From Bacteriovoracaceae bacterium (GTDB lineage Bacteria; Bdellovibrionota; Bacteriovoracia; Bacteriovoracales; Bacteriovoracaceae), in NCBI GenBank assembly GCA_048270185.1, contig JBLWTJ010000001.1, positions 192,001-256,000 on the forward strand: DNA of 64,000 nt, read 5' to 3'. Below, in pieces: positions 29,261 through 38,327 of the stretch. Below the pieces are notes generated by a model. That model was not told the origin of the DNA. It searched no databases and saw only the letters and a program-made list of their open reading frames with translations. How positions within the stretch are numbered: the first letter of the stretch is position 1; the number at the start of each line of letters is the position of its first letter. The translations under genes and the position numbers were made by a program.

Positions 29261-30397
29261 ATGTCTTCAGTATTTACGGATGCTATTAAAAGTTTATTAT
29301 CGCCAATTGGTGATCTTCTTGATGATGAGGGTGTTTCAGAGGTTATGATTAATGGACCTCATGAAATCTTTGTTGAAAAGAAAGGACTTGTGTATAAAGT
29401 TCCAAATCAATTTGAAGATGAAAGCTCACTAATCTCAGCTATGCGTGCGATTGCACAGTCAGTTAATCGAACTATTGATGAAGACAATCCAAGGCTAGAT
29501 GCTCGTCTACCTGATGGCTCTCGTATTCACGTTGTTCTTCCTCCAATGGCAAAGAATGGAACGACTGTGGCCATTCGTAAATTTTCGAAAGAGAGTCTAA
29601 CACTAAAAGACTTAATTGATTTCGGCTCTGTTTCTGATCTTGGTGCAAGATTCTTAGATATATGTGTTTACCTTGGTAAGAATATTTTGGTGTCTGGTGG
29701 AACTGGTTCTGGTAAGACGACAATGTTAAATGTTTTAGGTGGACGAATTCCAAAGACGCAAAGACTTATAATTATCGAAGATGCGGCCGAGCTCCAAGTT
29801 GATGCTGAACACGTTGTAAATTTTGAAACTCGTAAAGCAGACGAGCTTAAGGGTGTTGATGAAGTTACAATTCGTGACCTCGTAATTTCTGCCATGAGAC
29901 TTCGTCCCGATCGTATTATCGTCGGTGAGGTTCGTGGTGATGAAGCACTAGATCTTGTTCAAGTTATGAACACGGGGCATGATGGCTCAATGGGAACAGT
30001 TCACGCCAATAATCCAGTGGATGCATGTACTCGTCTTGAAACTCTATGTTTAATGGGGGATACAAAAATTCCACCTGATGCAGTTAGAAAGATGGTTGGA
30101 AGTGCTCTTCAGGTTGTTGTTCAATGTAGCCGTTATCATGATGGTGGACGCCGAACTTCACATATTTCTGAAGTGCTTGGAGTCGATGTAAACGGTAATT
30201 ATATTACTCGTGACATCTTTCGTTGGGTGCAAACTGGAAAGGATCCTGAAACAGGTAAGTATATCGGTGAAATGGTTCCTTGTAATTATGTACCAAGCTT
30301 CTTTGAGGATATCGTTGTCCACAAGCTGCCATTTCCTAAGCAGAGTTTCTTGGCACCTGATTGGGCCAAGCCATTAGTAAAGAAGAAAGCAGCTTAA
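29261..30397 (+). CDS. cpaF: CpaF/TadA family pilus assembly ATPase
   Basis: DARLPDGSR, GGTGSGKTT, IEDAAEL, RLRPDRIIVGEVRG, MNTGHDGSMGTVHAN. Confidence 0.93.
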   Translation: MSSVFTDAIKSLLSPIGDLLDDEGVSEVMINGPHEIFVEKKGLVYKVPNQFEDESSLISAMRAIAQSVNRTIDEDNPRLDARLPDGSRIHVVLPPMAKNGTTVAIRKFSKESLTLKDLIDFGSVSDLGARFLDICVYLGKNILVSGGTGSGKTTMLNVLGGRIPKTQRLIIIEDAAELQVDAEHVVNFETRKADELKGVDEVTIRDLVISAMRLRPDRIIVGEVRGDEALDLVQVMNTGHDGSMGTVHANNPVDACTRLETLCLMGDTKIPPDAVRKMVGSALQVVVQCSRYHDGGRRTSHISEVLGVDVNGNYITRDIFRWVQTGKDPETGKYIGEMVPCNYVPSFFEDIVVHKLPFPKQSFLAPDWAKPLVKKKAA

Positions 30398-30407
30398 ATC
30401 TTGTTTA

Positions 30408-30656
30408 TTAGATATCGACTTCGATACCATCTTCATAGATTTCAACGATAAAGCGATCTTGATCAAGCTCTTTGGTTTTTTCAATGATTTCTTTAATATC
30501 GTCGATTTCAAGCTCTGGTTCGAGCTCCATATCTGCACTAAAGACCTTCGTGATTGCAATACACATCTTAAAATCACTTAAGTCACTGAATTCACTTATA
30601 GGGAATGTTACTTTGTAACCCCCCGAAAACTTGTCTATATCAACATCTATCTTCAT
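30408..30656 (-). CDS. Small acidic hypothetical protein
   Basis: 82-aa ORF filling the intergenic gap; TACAAT 7 nt upstream of the ATG. Confidence 0.65.
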   Translation of the reverse strand: MKIDVDIDKFSGGYKVTFPISEFSDLSDFKMCIAITKVFSADMELEPELEIDDIKEIIEKTKELDQDRFIVEIYEDGIEVDI

Positions 30657-30847
30657 ATAATTAATTGTAATTACAAAGGTGAAAAAAGCAATATTATTTT
30701 TATTTCGCAGATTCCTGTTGTTCGATCAATATTGTCCAAAGATTAGTGCATACAAAATGAACATGCCCTTGAATATTTTCACTTCACAACAAAATAACTC
30801 GCAGAATTGATAAGATGATCTCGTTGATTAATTAAGAGGGATATTGA

Positions 30848-31723
30848 ATGAAATTAAGTTCTGTTTTTAAAAGTATTTTAACACTTGTCGTAGTTGTTTC
30901 TAGTACACATGCTATTGGTTCTCAAGTGATTCAAGATGATATTAAAGCGATATCATTTGATTTAAAATCAGAGCAGATTTTTACAATGAAAAATTATGCA
31001 AAGGGTGAATATAAGGAATTAGCGTTCACTCGTATTGAAAGACCAAATTTATCTGTAAGCTTGCAAAGATCGGACAAGAAAGCAGCTGAAGTATATCAGG
31101 TTGATATTGATGAGTCCGCACTAACTCTTAAGAAAGAATTATTAAATATCGAACTTAAAAAGAATTCAATTGCAAATATCGGTATTGAAAAAAATCAAAT
31201 TTTAGCAAAATTACAATCTAATAAAGTTATGCTTTCTAAAGTTGACACGGCAAAAATTCTTAAAAAGGCCATGGTTTCTAATTTAAATCAAATTGTTTCT
31301 AAGATTGGCTTCAAAGATCAAACGACTCTTAAGTATGAAATCAAGAGCGCAAGTTTAAGATGCCCAGAGCTATCGGGAAGAATTTTAAACTGTCGTGCAA
31401 AATATGAAATATCAGCAACGATTAAAAATGTTAAAAAGAAAGTAAGCTCTAATCTAATAGAGATTCTTGAAAATTCAAAGGGTAACTTCAATACTCTTGG
31501 TTCTGAAATTGAGATTAATACTTATATCTCAGAGCTTCGTTCAATTAATAAAAAGCTCAACACTCTTGCGGAAAGTGATAGTGCAAAAGCTAATCTAAAA
31601 CAAATCTACGGTATTAAGAAAGATGTTCAATCTGAGATTCTAGACTCATACCAATACACAGCTGTAGCAGGGTCAAGTGCTGTTAAATTTATCGATGGAC
31701 TTCGCCAGAAAGTTTTAAACTAA
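30848..31723 (+). CDS. Exported hypothetical protein
   Basis: Signal peptide ending THA; SD GAGGG. Confidence 0.75.
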   Translation: MKLSSVFKSILTLVVVVSSTHAIGSQVIQDDIKAISFDLKSEQIFTMKNYAKGEYKELAFTRIERPNLSVSLQRSDKKAAEVYQVDIDESALTLKKELLNIELKKNSIANIGIEKNQILAKLQSNKVMLSKVDTAKILKKAMVSNLNQIVSKIGFKDQTTLKYEIKSASLRCPELSGRILNCRAKYEISATIKNVKKKVSSNLIEILENSKGNFNTLGSEIEINTYISELRSINKKLNTLAESDSAKANLKQIYGIKKDVQSEILDSYQYTAVAGSSAVKFIDGLRQKVLN

Positions 31724-32451
31724 TAGGTAATTTCTTTAAATTTAATAAAGAGGTTAATGACTTCATTTAAAACTTCATTATGAAGACTTGTGAACTTAGC
31801 TTCATAAGCTTTTGCCCCTTCGAATGTCGCACGATTTTCTTTATTTTTAACAATCAGTTCAAGTGCATCATTTGTGAAAGTGAGCTTGATATCTAAGTTG
31901 TAAATAATAACCCTTAAAATGGGATTATCTTCCCATTGGCCATAGAAGATTTTGTAACTAAGGATAGTATTTTCATGATCGATCTTTGATAGTGATTTCT
32001 TTAAAGTTAAAAGTGTTACCTTTAACCATTCAAGTGACTTATCTTCATTTAGAGACGTCTTAGGTGCAATTTTCTTGAGTTCTTCTATACTATTATCGAT
32101 TATGTGTTTGATTGTCTTTTGTTCATAAGACTTGCTGTCAATATGAACTGGTGAATTTTGATATTCGAGATAGTCTTTATCGACTAATGTAAGGGTATTA
32201 CTTTGATCATGATGGAGAATATATGAATTACTTCCTTCTTCAAGGTGGATGTAAATATCATGGCGATTGTCACGATTATCCATTAGGGGAGTACTCTCAA
32301 AATTATTGTGAGCAAGACAAAGTTTTGAAACACTTGTGCTTTCAAGGAGCTTATCGATAAGGGACGTATAATGATCTTTCTTGGCATTACTCGCCAACTT
32401 ATTTTTCATAAGCTTTTTGTTTAAAGATTTAAAAAATTCTAATACACTCAT
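31720..32451 (-). CDS. Hypothetical protein
   Basis: 243-aa ORF with no recognisable motif. Confidence 0.7.
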   Translation of the reverse strand: MSVLEFFKSLNKKLMKNKLASNAKKDHYTSLIDKLLESTSVSKLCLAHNNFESTPLMDNRDNRHDIYIHLEEGSNSYILHHDQSNTLTLVDKDYLEYQNSPVHIDSKSYEQKTIKHIIDNSIEELKKIAPKTSLNEDKSLEWLKVTLLTLKKSLSKIDHENTILSYKIFYGQWEDNPILRVIIYNLDIKLTFTNDALELIVKNKENRATFEGAKAYEAKFTSLHNEVLNEVINLFIKFKEITY

Positions 32452-32503
32452 ATAAGTTAAAATAACGACTTTTTTGTCGATGTCTAGTATTAAAGGCTAA
32501 AAT

Positions 32504-33274
32504 TTGAAAATTGGTATTTTCGATTCAGGAATAGGTGGCTTAAGTGTCTTAAGAGAAGTCGCAAAAGTCATGCCTACCAGTGAGATTTACTATCACGCAG
32601 ATCGTCTAAATGCTCCTTATGGAAATAAATCTCGCTTTGAAGTCTTTAATTTTTGTAAACTTATTGTGGATGACTTTGTCGCACTTGGTATCTCAAATAT
32701 TTTAATAGCTTGTAATTCGGCCACGGCAATGGCCATCGATGAGTTAAGACAGGCCTACCCTAATATTCGCTTCTTTGGTATCGAACCTTTTATCAATGTT
32801 ATTAATTTTAGAGAAGAATTAAAGGAAAAGAAAGGTGTTGTGCTGACAACCAAGCTAACGGGTGAATCTAAGCGCTTTAATGACTTGAAAGAGAAATACG
32901 ACTCTAATGGAATCCTCGATTACAAAGTCTCATTATCATTAGCGAAATTAATTGAAGAAAGCTTTGACTGCGGTCGACTCGATGAAGAGGCCATGGTTTT
33001 TGAAATTAAAACATCATTAAAACAACTCGATTATCAATTCATTATTCTAGGCTGTACGCATTATCCATTTATTAACGATATCTTTACACGTCACTTTAAT
33101 TTTGAATGCATTTCTCCTTGTGTTCATGTGGCAAATTATATGGCAATGCAAATCAATAACTATGAGCATAGCGAGGAGTTAAACTATTTTAACTATCGTG
33201 AAAGACTCAATGGTGGCGCTATGCAATGGCGCAAAGTCAAAAAGAATAATTTAGAGGGATTCCCTTTTTTCTAA
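32504..33274 (+). CDS. murI: Glutamate racemase
   Basis: FDSGIGGLSV, PYGNKS, ACNSAT, LGCTHYP motifs. Confidence 0.95.
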   Translation: MKIGIFDSGIGGLSVLREVAKVMPTSEIYYHADRLNAPYGNKSRFEVFNFCKLIVDDFVALGISNILIACNSATAMAIDELRQAYPNIRFFGIEPFINVINFREELKEKKGVVLTTKLTGESKRFNDLKEKYDSNGILDYKVSLSLAKLIEESFDCGRLDEEAMVFEIKTSLKQLDYQFIILGCTHYPFINDIFTRHFNFECISPCVHVANYMAMQINNYEHSEELNYFNYRERLNGGAMQWRKVKKNNLEGFPFF

Positions 33275-33354
33275 GTGACGTTTAAGTTCCGATAACGTTA
33301 GAATATAGCAACTTTTAATTTTCTATTTTTGAATCATTTTAAAAAGGATTTAAT

Positions 33355-34635
33355 ATGACAAGAATCAAGTCGATTACACCAAGACAAATTTTAGACTCAC
33401 GTGGAAACCCAACGGTTGAAGTTGATCTCGTAACTGAGAATGGTATTCTCGCACGTGCCGCTGTTCCTTCTGGCGCTTCAACTGGCTCTAAAGAGGCCCT
33501 GGAGTTAAGAGATGGAGACAAGTCTTACTATTTAGGAAAGTCTGTTCGTAAGGCAATCGCAAATATTAATGAATATATCACTCCGGCCATCGTGGGGATG
33601 GATGTTTTTGATCTTGAAAGTGTTGATAAGAAAATGCTTGAGATTGACGGAACTGAAAATAAAGAAAAACTTGGCGCAAATGCTATCCTTGCTGTTTCAA
33701 TGTGTGTGGCCCGTGCTGGTGCACTTGAAAAAGGAAAGTCACTGTATCAATACCTAAGAGAAGACCTTAAAGTGCCAGTTGCAACTGAAAAAGTTAGGCT
33801 TCCTACTCCTATGATGAATATCATCAATGGTGGTGAACACGCTTCAAATAATCTTGATATCCAGGAATTCATGATCATTCCTCATCTTGATAAACCGTTT
33901 AATGAAAACTTAAGAGCTGGAGTTGAAACTTTCCATGCTTTAAAGAGCGTTTTATCAGAGAAGAATTATTCAACAAATGTAGGGGACGAGGGTGGATTTG
34001 CTCCATCTCTAAAATCACATGAAGAGGCCCTGGATCTTATTTTAAGTGCTATTGAGAAGGCCGGGTATCGACCAGGTGAAGAGATCAGTATCTGTCTTGA
34101 TGCTGCAGCGTCTGAGTTCTACAAAGATGGTGCATACCATATGCAAGGAAAGACGTATTCAAGTGAAGATATGGTGGAATATTACTCAAATTTAGTGGCG
34201 AAATATCCGATATATTCAATAGAAGATGGACTTGATGAAGCTGACTATTCTGGTTGGGTAAAGCTAACAGAAAAGCTTGGAAGCAAGTGCTTACTTGTTG
34301 GAGATGACTTATTTGTAACGAATAAGAAAATACTTGCTGAAGGAATTGAAAAGAAGCAGGCCAATTCGATTCTTGTAAAAATTAATCAAATTGGATCTTT
34401 AAGTGAAACGTTTGAAACACTTAGACTAGCTTTCGACAATAACTTTAAAGCAATCATCTCTCACCGCTCTGGTGAAACAAGTGATGCCTTCATTGCTGAC
34501 CTTGCTGTTGCAACTTCAAGTGGTCTTATCAAGACTGGTTCTGCTAGCCGTAGTGACCGTCTTGCAAAGTACAATCAACTACTAAGAATTGAAGAGGCCC
34601 TTGGTAGTGACGCCAATTATGACGGATTAATCTAA
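33355..34635 (+). CDS. eno: Enolase
   Basis: [37 protein letters not shown] motifs. Confidence 0.98.
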   Translation: MTRIKSITPRQILDSRGNPTVEVDLVTENGILARAAVPSGASTGSKEALELRDGDKSYYLGKSVRKAIANINEYITPAIVGMDVFDLESVDKKMLEIDGTENKEKLGANAILAVSMCVARAGALEKGKSLYQYLREDLKVPVATEKVRLPTPMMNIINGGEHASNNLDIQEFMIIPHLDKPFNENLRAGVETFHALKSVLSEKNYSTNVGDEGGFAPSLKSHEEALDLILSAIEKAGYRPGEEISICLDAAASEFYKDGAYHMQGKTYSSEDMVEYYSNLVAKYPIYSIEDGLDEADYSGWVKLTEKLGSKCLLVGDDLFVTNKKILAEGIEKKQANSILVKINQIGSLSETFETLRLAFDNNFKAIISHRSGETSDAFIADLAVATSSGLIKTGSASRSDRLAKYNQLLRIEEALGSDANYDGLI

Positions 34636-34676
34636 TTCGATAAATTAGGCCTCTTTAAGAAATTAGAGAGGCCAAT

Positions 34677-35315
34677 ATGTCTAAGTCTAAAAAATTAAAT
34701 GATGCCCAATCAAATGAAGCACTCATGTTTCTACATGATCTACTCAATCATACTCATGGCCTAAAATTATTCCTAGAATCACAAACAGATTCAATCCAAA
34801 AGGCTCCGTTAGAATTAATTTACACAGAAGTTCAGGCCTTAGAGAATCAAATAGCATCTCAATTTAATCGTTTGGTGCAAGGTGATATTCACACTGTGGC
34901 CGAATTGATTGAATATTGCTGTTCACAATTTAAGCTGTATAAGCTTGGTTTTGACCTTCACAAGAACGATTGGCAATACCTTGCTGATGAGAAGATTGAG
35001 GTTGATGCTAGTCTTATTCAACGATTAGTAAAAAATATAATTAAAAATATCTATCTATGGGCAGATAAAAATGAAAGTATTCAAATGAAAATCTCTTGGA
35101 CAAATTCACAATTAGAATTATTCTTTGAGAATTCAATCGCCCAAGATAATCGTTTTGATCACGACTCTAATGGAGTTGGACTTAAGTCCATGGCCAAGCT
35201 TGCGGCCGAACAGGGAATTGATCTGGCCTATGGGCCCTCTAAGAACTCACAGAAATGGACAACAACAATGTTGATTAATTTAGTAGGTCAAAAACACTTG
35301 AAATTGGCCTGCTAG
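34677..35315 (+). CDS. Sensor-less histidine kinase-like (GHKL) protein
   Basis: H-box-like FLHDLLN, N-box-like NIIKN, G-box-like GVGL; degenerate. Confidence 0.6.
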   Translation: MSKSKKLNDAQSNEALMFLHDLLNHTHGLKLFLESQTDSIQKAPLELIYTEVQALENQIASQFNRLVQGDIHTVAELIEYCCSQFKLYKLGFDLHKNDWQYLADEKIEVDASLIQRLVKNIIKNIYLWADKNESIQMKISWTNSQLELFFENSIAQDNRFDHDSNGVGLKSMAKLAAEQGIDLAYGPSKNSQKWTTTMLINLVGQKHLKLAC

Positions 35316-35370
35316 GTAAAAGAATACTATTGCTATAAAAAACTCAAAAACGCGTTATTCTATATAACGT

Positions 35371-36549
35371 ATGGAATTTATAAAGAAATTAATATGTTTA
35401 TTTAGTATTCTTAGTGCAACTTCTGTAGTCGCTAATAATCGCCTCTATCAATCTGATGCTTCCATGTTGCGCAAAGGTGGCTCGCAAACTCGAGTCGAAG
35501 CCTATCTTTCTTCAACCATTTCGCAAGTCGATTCTGAAGGCACAGAGATTACAACAGTTGATGGCACGACTTATTCTCTCATGGATTTTAATATTGATTA
35601 CCGTTATGGAATTATGGATCGCTTCCAGCTCCTATCTGGTATTAAGGCGCGCTATATTTCAAGTGGAGATGCAAATACAACAATAACAAGTGCTGGCCTT
35701 GAGTCTTTCTATGTTGGTGCTATTTATGGTTTTGAAAAAAAACGTGGACGAGACTTCGCTCTTAGCGCTGTTTATCGCTTTAGGCCCTACTCTGTTGATA
35801 CCGGTGTAACAACGGCCTCAACTGGCGAAGTTATACTAGGTGATGGTGGTAACGATATTGAGTTTAATTTTCTTGCAAAATACGAGTCAACAAAATGGAC
35901 TAGTTATGAAATGCAGGTTGGTTATCGTTTACCTGGGGCCCCTATCTCAAGTGAAATCCCTTTTGATTTCCGATTAATTAAGCACTACGTGGATTGGGCC
36001 TTTTGGGTCTCTGCCAATGGTATTTATAGTCTTGGGGGAGACGAGTACACTGATAGTCCATCGTTAAAGCCAACAGTTTCAAGTGGTAACACTTCACGCT
36101 GGAACTCAGTAAATCGTCAGTGGCTTAACTTAGATATTACAGCTCAAACTCTAATTAAGAATAAATACAAACTCTACGCAATGGCCGGAACAAAAGTTAT
36201 GGCCACTTCAACTGATAAGGACTTTCACGGATCTGTAGGTCTTTCATGGGTTACTGGTGGAGTTAGTGCACAGAAGAAATTTGAAGAGAGTTTCAAGGAA
36301 TACACTGTCGAGGCAAATGTTATTAAAGTTTCTCCTCGTGGCGTCTTTATTAAAATTGATCATGGTTCACTGGATGATATCCAAGTAGGTGATGTTGTGG
36401 ATATTTATAAAACTGACTACTTTGGTGGCAATATTTTAGTTGCACAGGGGAAAGTCTTTGAAGTCAGTAGTAATGCCTCAATTGTTAAAGTGATCTCTCG
36501 TTATCGAAATGTGCCAATAACTAAAGGCTTTGCTGCTAGGATTAAGTAG
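35371..36549 (+). CDS. Outer-membrane beta-barrel protein with C-terminal FlgT-C-like domain
   Basis: Signal peptide, barrel strands, C-terminal IKIDHGSLDDIQVGDVVDIY. Confidence 0.6.
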   Translation: MEFIKKLICLFSILSATSVVANNRLYQSDASMLRKGGSQTRVEAYLSSTISQVDSEGTEITTVDGTTYSLMDFNIDYRYGIMDRFQLLSGIKARYISSGDANTTITSAGLESFYVGAIYGFEKKRGRDFALSAVYRFRPYSVDTGVTTASTGEVILGDGGNDIEFNFLAKYESTKWTSYEMQVGYRLPGAPISSEIPFDFRLIKHYVDWAFWVSANGIYSLGGDEYTDSPSLKPTVSSGNTSRWNSVNRQWLNLDITAQTLIKNKYKLYAMAGTKVMATSTDKDFHGSVGLSWVTGGVSAQKKFEESFKEYTVEANVIKVSPRGVFIKIDHGSLDDIQVGDVVDIYKTDYFGGNILVAQGKVFEVSSNASIVKVISRYRNVPITKGFAARIK

Positions 36550-36631
36550 CTGAAAAGAGGAAATATTTAGCATTTGATATAATTGTAAGTTAAGTTAAAA
36601 TATTGAATACAAACATAAAAAGGATTTATCG

Positions 36632-37399
36632 ATGATTAAGCAAATTTTAGTTGCTTTCTTTTTACTGGCCTCAGGGGCCGCTTTGGCCAAGCCTTACACT
36701 TCAAATTTCTTAGAATTCGAATTACCTAATGGTTGGGATTGCTCAATCGAAGGTAGTGAGTATGTTTGTCAGTCGACAAATGATCGTCGTAAGAAAGAAG
36801 CGATAATTATCTTTGCGGCCAAGCACCGCGGTAAGCAAGATGATTTAATTCAGTACAAGGCCTACCTTGAACAAGCTAAAACTTTTAAGCTTCCTGGTGG
36901 TAAGACTCAGATCTCAGAACCTTCTTATACGAGAATGAAGAAGATTCAAGGCCAGGGCCATAATTGGGTTGATTCACTACACTTATCAAGTGAGGTTCCA
37001 GGATTCTACACTCGCTACCTTGCAACAGTTAAAGGTGAGCTTGGTGTGGCCGTAACATTCTCTGTTGCTAAGGAACACTACCAAACTTATAAGCCTATTT
37101 TTGATAAAATTATTGAAACCATGCAAGTCTTTTCTCGAATTAAGAATAATGCAGATGGATTAAAGCTAGCAGGTAATCAAGCAGAAGCAGTTCCTGGAGC
37201 ATCAGGTGATTTCCTTGATTCAGAATCAGGCCTTAATGATATCGGTGTTAATAAACAACGAGGAAAGAAAGGCGGAGCTGGCGATGGTGATATGACTTTA
37301 TATATTATCTTAGCTCTTGTTGCTGGTGCAGCTATCTTTATTATGAAGAATAAGAAGAAGGGCAAAAAGAAAGGTAAGAAGAAAAAGAAAAAGTCATAG
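36632..37399 (+). CDS. Exported protein with C-terminal TM anchor and poly-Lys tail
   Basis: Signal peptide ending ALA; GGAGDG linker, TM helix, KNKKKGKKKGKKKKKKS. Confidence 0.8.
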   Translation: MIKQILVAFFLLASGAALAKPYTSNFLEFELPNGWDCSIEGSEYVCQSTNDRRKKEAIIIFAAKHRGKQDDLIQYKAYLEQAKTFKLPGGKTQISEPSYTRMKKIQGQGHNWVDSLHLSSEVPGFYTRYLATVKGELGVAVTFSVAKEHYQTYKPIFDKIIETMQVFSRIKNNADGLKLAGNQAEAVPGASGDFLDSESGLNDIGVNKQRGKKGGAGDGDMTLYIILALVAGAAIFIMKNKKKGKKKGKKKKKKS

Positions 37400-37411
37400 G
37401 ATATAGAAAAT

Positions 37412-37442
37412 AAAAAGCCTCTCGTAATGAGAGGCTTTTTTT
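37412..37442. terminator. Bidirectional Rho-independent terminator
   Basis: AAAAAGCCTCTC-GTAAT-GAGAGGCTTTTTTT. Confidence 0.9.
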
Positions 37443-37473
37443 ATATTCAAATTTTAGATTAAAATTAGAAGAA

Positions 37474-38220
37474 TTAAAGATCTGAAGCTAGACAGCTTTC
37501 CACTGCTGCTTTGAACTCTGGGTGTAGTTGAAGAAATGTTCCAGCATTCTTACTGCTATCATTTGTATAACAACCACCGTGAGAGTGAACTCCAACGATT
37601 TCACTTGTCTCAAGGTTGATAATACTTGAACCTGAGTTTCCACCCATTGTATCTACTCTGTGCTCAAGTAGTGCTGGTCTAAATTGACCGTAGTAATCAC
37701 CACCAACAACCATCAGTGGACCGATATTATTTTGTTGAGCAAATTTTCTTTCAACTTCTGTATCACTCCCGTAACCAGTAATTGTTAGAATTGTTCCAAC
37801 TTCTGGAACTTCTTTAGCGATCTCATAGAACCCTTGAGCTTGACCTGGTAGAAGTCCAGTTTTTTCATTTGCTTTAATTTTAAAAACTGCCCAGTCGTCA
37901 CCTTGTCCGTTATCTTTAGACTTAATCGTTGAACGATCTGCTAGATAAATATCTTTTGGACCTGGGTGTCTGATTCCTCTTCTATCTGAAGTAGGAGTAT
38001 TGAATTCAATTACATTTAATGTACTTTTACAGTGTCCAACAGAGATAGCACATGAGTTAGAGATTAGAGTAACAGTACAACCTGCTCTTGCAGTTGCTGT
38101 CTCTAGTGAGCGTCCAACTTTAGGATCCGCTGAAGGAACTCTATCATCCATTCCACAAATTGACTTATCCGTGGCAAAAATCGTGAATGGTAATAAAGTG
38201 ATGAGTAGTAGTTTTTTCAC
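37474..38220 (-). CDS. Exported trypsin-like (V8/S1B-type) serine protease
   Basis: SVGHC, DDWA, DTMGGNSGS triad motifs; GVHSHG. Confidence 0.92.
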   Translation of the reverse strand: MKKLLLITLLPFTIFATDKSICGMDDRVPSADPKVGRSLETATARAGCTVTLISNSCAISVGHCKSTLNVIEFNTPTSDRRGIRHPGPKDIYLADRSTIKSKDNGQGDDWAVFKIKANEKTGLLPGQAQGFYEIAKEVPEVGTILTITGYGSDTEVERKFAQQNNIGPLMVVGGDYYGQFRPALLEHRVDTMGGNSGSSIINLETSEIVGVHSHGGCYTNDSSKNAGTFLQLHPEFKAAVESCLASDL

Positions 38221-38327
38221 TTTCTTTCTCCCTTTTTAATCGTGAAGATAAATATTAGGGAGGAAATTATCATCCGACAAATAAAGTATAGTTATAGTAA
38301 GAAGATGTTAGACAAAAATGATTTCTG

